A stretch of 64,000 bases of DNA, from the NCBI GenBank assembly GCA_965261345.1, contig OZ253449.1, positions 2,048,001 to 2,112,000 of the forward strand, written 5' to 3'. The notes under the pieces are model-generated. The model was given only the letters and a program-made list of their open reading frames with translations, had not been told where the DNA came from and did not search any database. The position numbers and the translations under genes are program-made. Source of the stretch: Chloroflexota bacterium. Its GTDB lineage: Bacteria > Chloroflexota > UBA11872 > VXNJ01. Positions 11,078 to 20,932 of this stretch are shown here, one piece after another; the stretch's first letter is position 1; the number at the start of each line of letters is the position of its first letter.

Positions 11078-11818
11078 ATGCTGGGGCCGCTCGAGGTAAT
11101 TGGTACTGCCCTGGTGCTGTCTCTGGCCGGATTTACCATCGGGGCCATCGGGTTCGGGTTCGCGCTCTCCACAACCCCGTTCCTGCTGCTGTTCCTGGAC
11201 CCGCAGACGGTCGTGACCGTGGTCAACGCGGTGGCCGTGCTGGCCTTTGCGCTGGTACTGATCGAAACCCGGGCCCACGTGCGCTATCGTGAGCACGCCC
11301 CGATCGGAATCGCCGGCATCCTGGGAGCACCGGCCGGCGTGTGGGCGCTGACCAATCTGGATGCCTCGGCGCTGCGGATCGGAATCAGCGCGCTGGTGCT
11401 GGCGGTGACCGTGTTGATCATCACAAATCCCCAGCGACAGGTGCCCTGGCCGGCAATCTCGGGGCCACTGCTGGGCTTTGTAACCGCCGCCTTCGTCGCC
11501 GGCCTCTCGATCGGGGGACCGATCATCGTGCTCTTTTTTCTGGGCAGCGGCATGGGACGCCAGGAACTCCGGGCCGCGGTGGCTTATTTCTCCACCATCG
11601 CCTACGCCGGCGCCTTAAGCGGCTATTTCGTGGAGGGTCTGTACACGTCCGAACGCCTTCTGCTGGTGGCCGCGGCCGTGCCGTTTGTGGCCCTTGGCTA
11701 CTGGCTGGCGGTGCGGCTCACCCGGCACATGAACGCCCGGCGTTTTCGGCAACTGGTGGTCGCGGTCATTACGGTTACCAGCGTCATGGTGCTGGCACGC
11801 GAGATATTGGCCTTCTAG
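11078..11818 (+). CDS. Sulfite exporter TauE/SafE family
   Basis: GAIGFGFAL, GAPAG, SIGGP; highly hydrophobic, 246 aa. Confidence 0.88.
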   Translation: MLGPLEVIGTALVLSLAGFTIGAIGFGFALSTTPFLLLFLDPQTVVTVVNAVAVLAFALVLIETRAHVRYREHAPIGIAGILGAPAGVWALTNLDASALRIGISALVLAVTVLIITNPQRQVPWPAISGPLLGFVTAAFVAGLSIGGPIIVLFFLGSGMGRQELRAAVAYFSTIAYAGALSGYFVEGLYTSERLLLVAAAVPFVALGYWLAVRLTRHMNARRFRQLVVAVITVTSVMVLAREILAF

Positions 11819-11857
11819 GCGGACTGCCCAGCGGCCCCGGCACCGGCGTCGCCGGGA

Positions 11858-12080
11858 TCAGGCGCCGGTCTGCTCCAGGTATTCAAGCGCCTTGGCGTAG
11901 CTGTGCTTGGCCAGGAAATGACGCAGCTGGCGGTCGCCGTACGAAAGCGCCCGCTGCTCCACCCGGGCCATCGCCGCGCGCAGCTCTGCGGCGGCGGCCG
12001 TCGATCCCTGGGCCAGTTCTTCAAAGGTCAGGCGCGCGATCGCGCGCCGGTCCTTATAGCGCGCCGACCTGATCTACCAT
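11858..12080 (-). pseudogene. Small hypothetical protein with +1 frameshift
   Basis: GGAGG-ATG MVDQVGAL then, after one extra base, KDRRAIARLTFEEL...LRHFLAKHSYAKALEYL*. Confidence 0.5.
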
Positions 12081-12457
12081 CGCACCCTCCTTGGGCGGCA
12101 AAGCGCCGTACGACGTCTTCCTTAAGATCCACACAGGCTGCAACTTCAGCAAGCTCAACAATCTCGCAGCTCGAGTGCGCCTGGGCGATGTCACCGGGCC
12201 CTAGGACGACGAAATCGCGCCCGCGCGGGGCATAAGCAGCTGCGTCGGTACTGTATGGAACCCCGATCAGTTCGGTCCGGCCCAGTTGCCGGCAGGCGGC
12301 GACGCGCACGATCGGCGCGTTCGGGCTGGACTCGACCCCGGCCTCGGCCAAGTAGGGCTGCTCAACCGTGATCGCGGCGTTCCGTTCGAGCAGACCAGCG
12401 ATGTCGGCATACACCGCCATCGGGTCCTTATCCGGCAGCATCCGACGGTTGACCACG
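12028..12457 (-). pseudogene. M20/ArgE-like peptidase, C-terminal fragment
   Basis: NRRMLP, YSTDAA, GPGDIAQAH; cut by IS. Confidence 0.8.
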
Positions 12458-14138
12458 CCCGTTGCCTCACCAAAAAATGTAACCGAAATTTGGGACCGTT
12501 TATTTGACTCCGATTGGCGCGATTTCACTTACGATTTCGGCGTTCTCAACCGCACCATCAGCACCGTTTACGACTCCGTATACAAGCTCTTTGGCCATCA
12601 CCGACCGCCATTGCTTGAGCCTTCGCTGCAACGTCCGCAGCTGCTTGGGCCCGACGGCGTCGGGGTGATCACGCATGAGCACTTTCAGGATCTGCATGCC
12701 GCTGGCGTCGGGATGATCCTGCAGGTAGGTAAGCGCCGCGGGCCAGACGTGCTCTAGGGGGTCGGGGCAAGTCCGCCACCACCTGCGGCGCTTTCGTTTT
12801 GGACGGCGGGTCGGATTTGCATCGCCCTCGCGCCACAGATGAGAGAGCTTGGCCAGGAACTGGGATAGGTCATCCTTTTGCACCTTGCTGCGTTCCTCGG
12901 GCGATGCCAGGGTGGCCAGGGCCGACTGGGCCGCTCGGATCTCGCTAAGGAGGAAAAGCGGATCCAGTTTGGAGCGCTTGTCGCGCAACCCCTCCTTGAC
13001 CTTTTCGGCAACGGCGGGGTGATCGAGCAGGCGCTGGCAGGGAGTTAGCGGACGGTCGTAGCGCTTTTGGGTTCTGGCTCCATAGCGCTGCTTGGAGATC
13101 AGTTTGAAAGACGGTTGGAAGAAATTGGTGTAGAGACCAACTAAGGCAAAGAGTCGGGCCAGGGTCTGTCCGGCGATGAGGCCGGCAAAGCGCTCGTAAC
13201 CGGCAAAGCGTCTGATTACGGCGCCGTTCTTCTGTTCGATGTAGGCCTGATCGTTGGAGCGGTAGGCGCGTGAGCGGGTGAACTCGATTTCACGCTCTTG
13301 GCAGTAATCGATAAGGGTCTGGGAGATAAAGGCGCTGTCGTTGTCAGTATCGATTCCAAGTATTGGCACCGGTACCCGCCCGCCTATAACCTCAAGCGCC
13401 TCGGTCACAAGCGTCTGCTCCCTTGCCAGCAGCGGGACTGCCTCCACCCAGCCCGAGCACACATCGGTAACCGACAGGGACTGGATGAAGCTCCCGGCCA
13501 TGTTGCCACCACAGTGGGCCACCAGATCTATTTCCAGGTAGCCGGGGTCGGGGCCATGCCAATCGGCAAACGTCCGGATCGGGACCTTGGCGTGATGACG
13601 GTTGCGGCGGCGGGGGTGACGCCGTCGACTGCTGCCGGCGGTCTTGCGGACTGGTTTGAGGAGGCGATCGATCGATGCCGGGCTGATCGCGAAGAGCTTG
13701 CTTTTAAGGTCCAGATCAAGCTGCAGGTGGCCATGCCCTTCCAGCGATTCGATCAGGCTGGGCAATATCGCTTGCAACCGTTTGCCGCAGATCCGATCGG
13801 CCGCTTCCCAGAGGATGATCAAAGACTCCCTGACGGCCTCGTCGTAGATGCGGTTTGAGGACTTGGTGGGCGGTGCCGGAGCAGGGCTTGCAGCATTGCC
13901 CAGTATTCGGGTTGCGTATTTGCGGTTGTGGCCAGATAGAGCCACGAACTCGTTAAGGATTCCGCCCTTGTCGATCTTGGACGCCCTCGCATAGCGGCCC
14001 CTTAAGGCCGCTAGCAGCTCCTTCCGCACCGCCCGGCTCAGCTTCTTTCCTCGCATCGGTTGCCTCCCTGTGGATTTGGGTTACAAATCTAGTGAGGCAA
14101 CGGCCCTGTTTGGGTTACAAAAACAGTGAGTCAATGCG
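12458..14138 (-). mobile_element. Intact ISNCY-like IS (1681 bp) with 4-bp CACG target duplication
   Basis: Imperfect IRs cccgttgcctcac..gtaacc / ggttac..gtgagtcaatgcg; CACG at 12454-12457 and 14139-14142. Confidence 0.88.
12500..14056 (-). CDS. Integrase-core (rve) DDE transposase
   Basis: EIDLVAH, DTDNDSAF, SRAYRSNDQAYIEQKN. Confidence 0.92.
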   Translation of the reverse strand: MRGKKLSRAVRKELLAALRGRYARASKIDKGGILNEFVALSGHNRKYATRILGNAASPAPAPPTKSSNRIYDEAVRESLIILWEAADRICGKRLQAILPSLIESLEGHGHLQLDLDLKSKLFAISPASIDRLLKPVRKTAGSSRRRHPRRRNRHHAKVPIRTFADWHGPDPGYLEIDLVAHCGGNMAGSFIQSLSVTDVCSGWVEAVPLLAREQTLVTEALEVIGGRVPVPILGIDTDNDSAFISQTLIDYCQEREIEFTRSRAYRSNDQAYIEQKNGAVIRRFAGYERFAGLIAGQTLARLFALVGLYTNFFQPSFKLISKQRYGARTQKRYDRPLTPCQRLLDHPAVAEKVKEGLRDKRSKLDPLFLLSEIRAAQSALATLASPEERSKVQKDDLSQFLAKLSHLWREGDANPTRRPKRKRRRWWRTCPDPLEHVWPAALTYLQDHPDASGMQILKVLMRDHPDAVGPKQLRTLQRRLKQWRSVMAKELVYGVVNGADGAVENAEIVSEIAPIGVK

Positions 14139-14240
14139 CACGGCCCGACAGCTAGCGGAGACAACGTTCACCTGCACTCCGCCGCTGATCGTCGCGACCG
14201 TCAGCTTGCTGTCACCGCAAAGCGGGTGCGCGGCCGTCGG
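14139..14240 (-). pseudogene. M20/ArgE-like peptidase, central fragment
   Basis: HPLCGDSKLTVATISGGVQVNVV..CRAV joins in frame to VNRRMLP once the IS is removed. Confidence 0.75.
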
Positions 14241-14943
14241 CATCATCTGCGGCGGCAGCCGCATACCGGCGTCTGATAGCCCGCGACCAATTGGCGGTCG
14301 ATACGCTCATCGACCAAGCCCGGCAGCCCGACCCCATTTGCGGCCGGCCAGATAACGTGCAGGGGGCGCTTGATCGAACGGAGGAACCGTTAGGGCAAAC
14401 ATTGCCACCGTTGGGCCTAGGACCGCAATGAACCCGGGGAGATCCACGATGACTGCAAGTTTGCGTTGCCACCGAATGGACTCCTTCGGTAGGTTGAAGC
14501 GAGTGTCCACGCCGGTCGGGTTGAAATCGCGGTAGAAACTTTTAACGATCTTGGAATTGGAGCGAATCGGTTTGCTCGCTACAGTTTCGAAAAATGGGCA
14601 CCGGACGGTGACGCGATCGTCCGCCTTGCTTCGCTTCCGAAATTGAATTGGCTGCAAGTGGAAATCTTGCTTCCGGTGGTCACATCGATGGCGCAACGTA
14701 AATCGCGTCCAATTTTTATGCGCCCGCTACCGATCGGACTGTTGTTGGGCAACGACCGCCGCTAATCGAAGCCAGGGGTGTGGGTCGGAACAATCTCCAA
14801 GCAATGCGCACCCAAATGGGAATCTCCCGCGCCTACACCCTCCACGCCTCTGGCGGCCCAGCGCGGTTTATGGGTGCCTGGCCCCCGGCGGCCTCAAACC
14901 AGTTGAAGGCTTAAGTGGGTCGGTCAATCAGTTCACTGTGTTG

Positions 14944-14964
14944 GAACCTTCCGCTGGAAGGTTC
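14944..14964 (-). terminator. Hairpin downstream of tRNA-Val
   Basis: gaaccttcc-gct-ggaaggttc. Confidence 0.45.
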
Positions 14965-14980
14965 GCAGTACGGGACGTCA

Positions 14981-15057
14981 TGGTGGGCGATGCAGGACTC
15001 GAACCTGCGGCCCCTACGGTGTAAACGTAGTGCTCTAGCCAACTGAGCTAATCGCCC
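14981..15057 (-). tRNA. tRNA-Val(TAC), CCA encoded
   Basis: GGGCGAT acceptor stem, CTACG-TT TAC AC-CGTAG, GTTCGAG T-loop, ACCA end. Confidence 0.97.
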
Positions 15058-15072
15058 CTGCGAATAGCCGCT

Positions 15073-15100
15073 CCGAGCCGGGCTTAGGCGCCCGGCTCGG
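15073..15100 (-). terminator. 11-bp stem hairpin between SPFH gene and tRNA
   Basis: ccgagccgggc-ttaggc-gcccggctcgg. Confidence 0.5.
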
Positions 15101-15109
15101 TCAATCTAT

Positions 15110-15976
15110 TTACAGTGCTTGCGATCCAGCACCCACGGATGCGTCGACGAACACTGGCAGGCCGGTACTCGGACTCACAGGCACGTACACCACGCTGCCG
15201 CCGCTGATTTCCTTGAGGCTGTTTATGTAGAGGAATTGGAGGTATTTGTCAGTAAGCGTCTTGTTGATTTCTAGCTGGGCATCGCGCTCACCGGCTGCTT
15301 CGACTCGCCGTCGCTCGGCTTCCTGAACCTGTACCTGGCGCCTAAAGTCAGCCTGCTGGATCCTCTGTTCTTCAGCGAGTTTGTCATCGATTGCCGTCTG
15401 GATGATCGATGGCAATCGCACATCGCGCAAGAGCACGTTTTCGATCGAGATTCCGCGTGGTTCCAATGCGTTGATCAATTGCTCTTCAATCTGGATTGAA
15501 ACTTGCTCACGACCGGTCGTATAAAGGTCTGAAGCGGTGAACTGGGCAACCACGTCACGAATTGCGTTTCGGATCGCGGGGCGAACGATGATCAATTGGT
15601 AATCCGGGCCGACAGTGCGGAACATTTCAGGGGCGATGAGGAATTCGAGTCGGAAAAGAACGGTGATGTCCAATCCGACGGTTAGTCCTTCGCTGGTTAG
15701 GGTCTGAACCGCGTCATCGGCACCTAAACCGGCTTCCTCGGCGCGCGAGGTCATCGTAAATTCCTGGGTCCGAACATTGAGCTGTTCGAGCGCCGCCCAG
15801 GGCGCCTTCAGCAATAATCCGGCCGGTTTGGCGATCGGGTCAACCACGCCGAAGGTGTGGATCACTCCCGCCTGTCCGACCCCGACGATCCGGACCGAAA
15901 AGAATGCGAATAAGGCGACGAGCGCGATTATTACCACGATCACGCCCAAGGCCATGGAACTGGTTCGAGATTGCAT
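15110..15976 (-). CDS. SPFH/prohibitin (band 7) protein
   Basis: N-terminal TM, TSEGLTV, IVRPAIR, EAERRRVEAAG. Confidence 0.9.
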   Translation of the reverse strand: MQSRTSSMALGVIVVIIALVALFAFFSVRIVGVGQAGVIHTFGVVDPIAKPAGLLLKAPWAALEQLNVRTQEFTMTSRAEEAGLGADDAVQTLTSEGLTVGLDITVLFRLEFLIAPEMFRTVGPDYQLIIVRPAIRNAIRDVVAQFTASDLYTTGREQVSIQIEEQLINALEPRGISIENVLLRDVRLPSIIQTAIDDKLAEEQRIQQADFRRQVQVQEAERRRVEAAGERDAQLEINKTLTDKYLQFLYINSLKEISGGSVVYVPVSPSTGLPVFVDASVGAGSQAL

Positions 15977-16222
15977 GAATACCTTTGGCAGTGGAGGCAG
16001 AGAGGGAAATATCGAAAGCGGCCACGCTTGGCGCCTCGCTTCCGGCGATCAACCACTAACTAAAAATGGTTGTCGCAATCGAACAAATATAGCACCGTCA
16101 AACCTTAAGCCAGTGAAAAGTTGGAGGCAATCTGCAGATCGGGACGGGTAATCTGTGTGAGCATATTGTTGGTGCGATCCGGATCGCAAGCGAGTAAAAC
16201 GACCGCAATGGAGAGCTTTGGA

Positions 16223-17152
16223 ATGGACAAAAAAGTTGGGCTAATCGGAACCGGAATAATGGGTATCGGCATCCTCGGCCGGGTGTTGGCGGCCGGCTAT
16301 CGGGTGCGCGTATACGATTCCAGTGCGGCGACCCTGGAGCGTTGCGTCGAGATGGGCGCCGAGGCCGCTGAATCACCGGCCGAAGCCGCGGCCGGCGCCG
16401 ATTTTGTGCAGGCCGTGCTCCCCGGTCCACCGGAAACTGAGAGCGCGGTCTTCGCTGCGGATGGCGTCGCGTCGGGAATTGCGTCCGGGGCAATCTTTAT
16501 CAATCACGCCACGGTGGATCCGGCCTATGTGATTTCAGTTGCCGACCGCCTGTTGGCAAAGGGCGTGGAGACGATCGATGCGCCGATGTTGCGCGGGCAA
16601 GCGCAGGCTCGCGATGGGGCCCTGGGAATGCCGATCGGCGCCAACCCAGGCGTTTACGAGCGGGCCAGTCACCTGATTGAGCAGATTTCCTCCATGCGTT
16701 TTATGACCGGCGCGGTGGGCACCGGATCGGCCCTCAAGCTGGTCAACAACATGCTCAACTGCACCATCCTGTGCGCGGCCACCGAAGCGGTCGTGCTCGG
16801 CGCCAAAAGTGGACTGAGCCTGGAGACGATGCTGGAGGCTTTTTACATAACCCCAGCACGGGCCCGACATTTCGAGCTGATGCCGCAAACCTTTACCGAG
16901 CGCAACTTTGAACCCGGGTTCATGACCAAGTTGGGGGCCAAGGACATCCGCCTAGCGCTAAAACACGCAACCGACCTGGATGTTCCGATCGCGGTTACCG
17001 CCGCCGCCCAGTCGGTGATGAAGCACGGAGCGGTGCGTTATAGCGAAGAGAACTATCCGGCGATCGTTAAGTACTACGAGGAGGCGGCCGGGGTGACGGT
17101 AAAAGCCGCGGGCGACAAGTTATTTCCGAATTTGCCCGAAGTGGGGGTATAG
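16223..17152 (+). CDS. NAD(P)-dependent beta-hydroxyacid dehydrogenase
   Basis: GTGIMG, IDAPM, LKLVNN, KDIRLA. Confidence 0.88.
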   Translation: MDKKVGLIGTGIMGIGILGRVLAAGYRVRVYDSSAATLERCVEMGAEAAESPAEAAAGADFVQAVLPGPPETESAVFAADGVASGIASGAIFINHATVDPAYVISVADRLLAKGVETIDAPMLRGQAQARDGALGMPIGANPGVYERASHLIEQISSMRFMTGAVGTGSALKLVNNMLNCTILCAATEAVVLGAKSGLSLETMLEAFYITPARARHFELMPQTFTERNFEPGFMTKLGAKDIRLALKHATDLDVPIAVTAAAQSVMKHGAVRYSEENYPAIVKYYEEAAGVTVKAAGDKLFPNLPEVGV

Positions 17153-17155
17153 GAG

Positions 17156-18196
17156 ATGTCGCTCGGCATCGGATTCATCGGCGCCGGCGGAATTGCCCGC
17201 CTGCGCCACGGACCTGGCCTGCAGGCCATCGACGGGGTCGAACTGGTTGCGGTCGCCAATCGCAGCCAGGAGTCGGGTCGGGCGTTTGCAAATCAATTCG
17301 GGGTTGCCCGCGTGTACTCAAACTGGCGTGCATTGCTCGACGACGACGACGTTGATGCGGTCGTTATTGGCACCTGGCCCTATCTCCACTCGAAATTGTC
17401 AATCGCCGCGCTAGATGCCGGAAAGCACGTTTTCTGTCAGGCGCGCCTGGCCATGGATGCTGCCGACGCGCGCCGCATGGTCGCGGCCAAACAAGCCGCT
17501 GGCAAGACCACAATGGTCTGCCCGCCCCCGCATGGAATGCGATTTGCCGAACGGATCAAGGCCATCGTTTCCAACGGTGAATTGGGACAGATCTTCCACC
17601 TGACAGTGCGGGACTTTACACCCGCCTACTGCGACCCGCAAACCGCATTGCATTGGCGCCAATGCGAATCCCTTTCCGGGGCCAACACGCTGACCCTGGG
17701 GATCGTCTATGAGGTTCTACTGACCTGGTTTGGCATCCGCGCCAAATGGGTCCAGGCGGGCGATGCGATCTTTGTCAAAGATCGCCCCGATGGCGATTCA
17801 CTGGCCCCGGTCGAGCGGCCCGATGCCGTGTTTGTGACCGCCGGACTGGAAAACGGCGGGCTGGCCAGCATTACGTTATCGGGCGTTGCCGGAGGCGGAC
17901 GGCCGGGTCCCCAGATTTCGGCCTACGGCTCAAATGCCAGTCTGCATTGGGAGGCGGGTCCTCCCAGCAGCGAAGGCGGCAGCCTGACGCTATCGCGCGG
18001 TCCCGCCTGGCAACCTGAGCAGTTCGAACCCGACGATCAGGCCGGTTGGCGCGTGGAACGCGATTTCGTAGCGGCCGTCCAGGACGGCAGCAGTCCCCAG
18101 CCCAGCTGGGAATTGGGCCTTGAATATATGCAATTTGTCGAAGCGGTTGAGCGTTCGGCGCGGTCGGGGCTGCGAGTCGAGCCGTCCAGCCTGTAA
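17156..18196 (+). CDS. Gfo/Idh/MocA oxidoreductase
   Basis: IGAGGIA, DAVVIGTWP, AGKHVFCQ. Confidence 0.88.
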   Translation: MSLGIGFIGAGGIARLRHGPGLQAIDGVELVAVANRSQESGRAFANQFGVARVYSNWRALLDDDDVDAVVIGTWPYLHSKLSIAALDAGKHVFCQARLAMDAADARRMVAAKQAAGKTTMVCPPPHGMRFAERIKAIVSNGELGQIFHLTVRDFTPAYCDPQTALHWRQCESLSGANTLTLGIVYEVLLTWFGIRAKWVQAGDAIFVKDRPDGDSLAPVERPDAVFVTAGLENGGLASITLSGVAGGGRPGPQISAYGSNASLHWEAGPPSSEGGSLTLSRGPAWQPEQFEPDDQAGWRVERDFVAAVQDGSSPQPSWELGLEYMQFVEAVERSARSGLRVEPSSL

Positions 18197-18216
18197 CCGG
18201 GCGGTGGCCACGACGG

Positions 18217-19500
18217 TCAGGCGTCGAGCTGTTCGTCTAAGCCGATCAGGCGGCGATGGCGTTTTCCGGCGGCGATCAGAATCAGCCCGGTTTGGTCAAG
18301 GTCGGAGATCCTGACCGGCCCGCGCTCGCGCCTTTGGTCATTTACCCGAACCGCCCCCTGGGAGAGCAACCGCCGCGCCGCCGAGAGCGAATCGGCCAAC
18401 TGGCAATCGAGTAAGACTTGCCGGAGTTCGATTCCCGCTTCCAGTTGCGACCGCGCATAGGTCAGGTCGGCCCGTTGATCGGAAACGCTGGTGGATCGAT
18501 TGCCAAAAAGCAAATCCTGTTGGGCGCGCGCGGCGGCGCATGCCGCATGCCCATGCACCAGGGTCGTTACCGAGTCGGCCAATAAGCGCTGGGCGACCCG
18601 GGCCGCCGGGTCGGATCGCATCCGCGTGGCGGTTTCTTCGATCTGCGACAACGGGCAGAACGTAAATACTTTCAGCGCCGCCAGCACGTCGTCGTCGGCG
18701 AAGTTGAACCAGTATTGATAGAAGTCAATTACCGGAGTTAGCTCGGTGTCGAGCCAAACGGTTCCCTGTGCGGTCTTGCCCATCTTCTGCCCGGATCGCG
18801 TTTCCAGCAGAGGAAAGACCAAGCCGAAGACCTGCTCGCTAGGGCCCAGAGTTCGCCGGATCAAGTCGGTTCCGGCGACGATGTTGCCGAGCTGGTCGGA
18901 GCCACCGATTTGAAGGCGGCAACCCTGGTCGCGGAATAGATGCAGAAAGTCAAATGCCTGCAGTGCCTGATAGGCAAATTCGGTATACGAAATTCCGGCT
19001 GGCGACCCTATCCGTCGGGCGACCGATTCGCGCCCCAGCATCACCGACATCGGCATGTGCTTACCGATGTCGCGCAGAAATTCGATTAGGCCAAGTTCGC
19101 CCAGCCAGTCGAGATTGTTAACCATCCGGGCGGATGCGTCCGAATCGGAAAAGTCCAGCAAACTCTCAAACTGGGCCGCCTGGGCGGCAATGTTTTGAGC
19201 CAGGGTTGGCCGATCGAGCAGATTGCGCTCGGCGTTCTTGCCCGATGGGTCGCCAATCATGCCGGTGCCGCCACCGAGCACCACGATCGGGCGGTGCCCA
19301 AAGCGCTGGAATCGGGCCAGGGTCAATAGCGGGACCAAATTCCCCACCTGCAGCGACGGTGCGGTCGGATCGAATCCGCAGTAGAGGGTGACCGGGCTTT
19401 GATCGAGAATCTCCGGCAGATGCGGATCAGTGCTGGTGTGCACCAATCCTCGGGCGTCCAATTCGGCAAATATTCCGGGCCTGGGGCTGGCTATGCTCAA
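18217..19500 (-). CDS. tyrS: Tyrosine--tRNA ligase
   Basis: YCGFDPTAPSL, QIGGSDQ.GN, KMGKT, S4 tail; TTG start inferred. Confidence 0.95.
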   Translation of the reverse strand: MSIASPRPGIFAELDARGLVHTSTDPHLPEILDQSPVTLYCGFDPTAPSLQVGNLVPLLTLARFQRFGHRPIVVLGGGTGMIGDPSGKNAERNLLDRPTLAQNIAAQAAQFESLLDFSDSDASARMVNNLDWLGELGLIEFLRDIGKHMPMSVMLGRESVARRIGSPAGISYTEFAYQALQAFDFLHLFRDQGCRLQIGGSDQLGNIVAGTDLIRRTLGPSEQVFGLVFPLLETRSGQKMGKTAQGTVWLDTELTPVIDFYQYWFNFADDDVLAALKVFTFCPLSQIEETATRMRSDPAARVAQRLLADSVTTLVHGHAACAAARAQQDLLFGNRSTSVSDQRADLTYARSQLEAGIELRQVLLDCQLADSLSAARRLLSQGAVRVNDQRRERGPVRISDLDQTGLILIAAGKRHRRLIGLDEQLDA

Positions 19501-19627
19501 AGTTGATTTCCTTTGTTGGCCCGCATGCCCAACCAGAGACCCTCGGGTTGGGAATTTACGGTCAATTTTGGGAGATTTGATCCGCGCATATGCAGACTCG
19601 ATTTCCCCAATCTGGGAGGAACGATAA

Positions 19628-20932
19628 ATGATTGAATACACCAGCGAATGTTCCTTGATCGGCTTCGAGATTACCCAATTGGAGGAGGAGGGCTGCGATA
19701 CCACCGAGCTTGCCGACCGATACAACGATCTGCAAAACCGCGGAGCCCCTGAATCCGAATTTGCCGCTCTGTGGACAATCGCCGACCAATTGGCTGGCAG
19801 TGGCCCGCTGGAATATTCCGAACCCAGCCGATTGCCGGCGATCACCGCTGCCCTACCCGAGCCACGGGCCAAGTTGGGGCCATTGCCAGAGGATCTGTCC
19901 AATTCGATCCTGGGCGGCTGGCTGGGCCGTTGCGCAGGCTGTCAATTGGGCAAGCCAGTGGAGGGGTGGCCACATTGGGCAATTCGCGCCTACCTGGAAC
20001 CCAAGTACGCGTTTCCGCCTGACGACTACATTCCCCTGCTAAAAGACCATGGCGTCGGGATAAAGCTGCACCATTCGGCCGCCGAGTCCACCCGCGGCAA
20101 TTTCGAATTCATGGCCCGTGACGACGATATTGATTACATGTTGATTGCGCTCTCCATCCTGGAGCGCCACGGATTCGGGTTTTCAGGCGATGACGTCGCT
20201 ACCGCCTGGCTGGAGGGAATTCCGGCGAACATGACCTACACCGCCGAACGGGCGACCTATCGCAATCTCCTCCTCGGAATCAACCCGCCGGATTCGGCTC
20301 GGGTGCGCAATCCTTTCCGCGAATGGATCGGGGCCCAGATCCGGACCGACGTCTACGGATACGTTTGTCCCGGTGACCCGGCGGCGGCGGCCCGACTGGC
20401 CTATCGCGACGCCATTGTCTCGCACGTTAAGAATGGAATCTACGGGGCGCTCTTTTCGGCGGCCTGCAATGCGGCGGCCTTCGCCGCCGGCGACCCAAAA
20501 ACCGCGTTGCTGGGCGGCATTGATCAGATACCGGCCGAATCGCGCCTGCAAAGGGCCCTGGCGATGGTGATTGAATTGCACGATTCGGGGGTGGGCTGGG
20601 AAGAGGCCCTGGCCCGGGTCAACACCCTGGTCGGTCGCTACCACGGGGTCCATACGATTAACAATGCTTGTTTTGTGGCGATCGGATTACTCTGGGGAAA
20701 TTGCGACTTTGGTCGCACGATTGCGATCGCGGTCGCCTGTGGCCTAGACACCGATTGCAACGGCGCCACCGCCGGTTCCATCCTGGGCGCAATGTTGGGC
20801 GCCCGGGCCCTGCCTGCGGCCTGGACTGAGCCCCTGGGTAATCGGGTCGGCAGCATGGTGGCCGGGTTTGACGGATCGCGTATCACCGACCTGGCCGAGC
20901 GAACCCATCGCCTCGCGCAGGTGACCCGGTGA
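19628..20932 (+). CDS. ADP-ribosylglycohydrolase family protein
   Basis: DDDIDY, EWIGAQIR, DTDCNGATAGS. Confidence 0.9.
   Translation: MIEYTSECSLIGFEITQLEEEGCDTTELADRYNDLQNRGAPESEFAALWTIADQLAGSGPLEYSEPSRLPAITAALPEPRAKLGPLPEDLSNSILGGWLGRCAGCQLGKPVEGWPHWAIRAYLEPKYAFPPDDYIPLLKDHGVGIKLHHSAAESTRGNFEFMARDDDIDYMLIALSILERHGFGFSGDDVATAWLEGIPANMTYTAERATYRNLLLGINPPDSARVRNPFREWIGAQIRTDVYGYVCPGDPAAAARLAYRDAIVSHVKNGIYGALFSAACNAAAFAAGDPKTALLGGIDQIPAESRLQRALAMVIELHDSGVGWEEALARVNTLVGRYHGVHTINNACFVAIGLLWGNCDFGRTIAIAVACGLDTDCNGATAGSILGAMLGARALPAAWTEPLGNRVGSMVAGFDGSRITDLAERTHRLAQVTR

Noticed and set aside
10154-11296. 380-aa minus-strand ORF
   Set aside because: Antisense to the MFS and TauE genes; no recognisable motifs.
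14307-14696. 129-aa ORF near tRNA-Val as integrase remnant
   Set aside because: No tyrosine or serine recombinase motifs recognised.
19501-19902. Long N-terminal extension of TyrS, or a T-box leader
   Set aside because: It overlaps the divergent ARH gene; TyrS similarity starts near 19500; no T-box motif seen.
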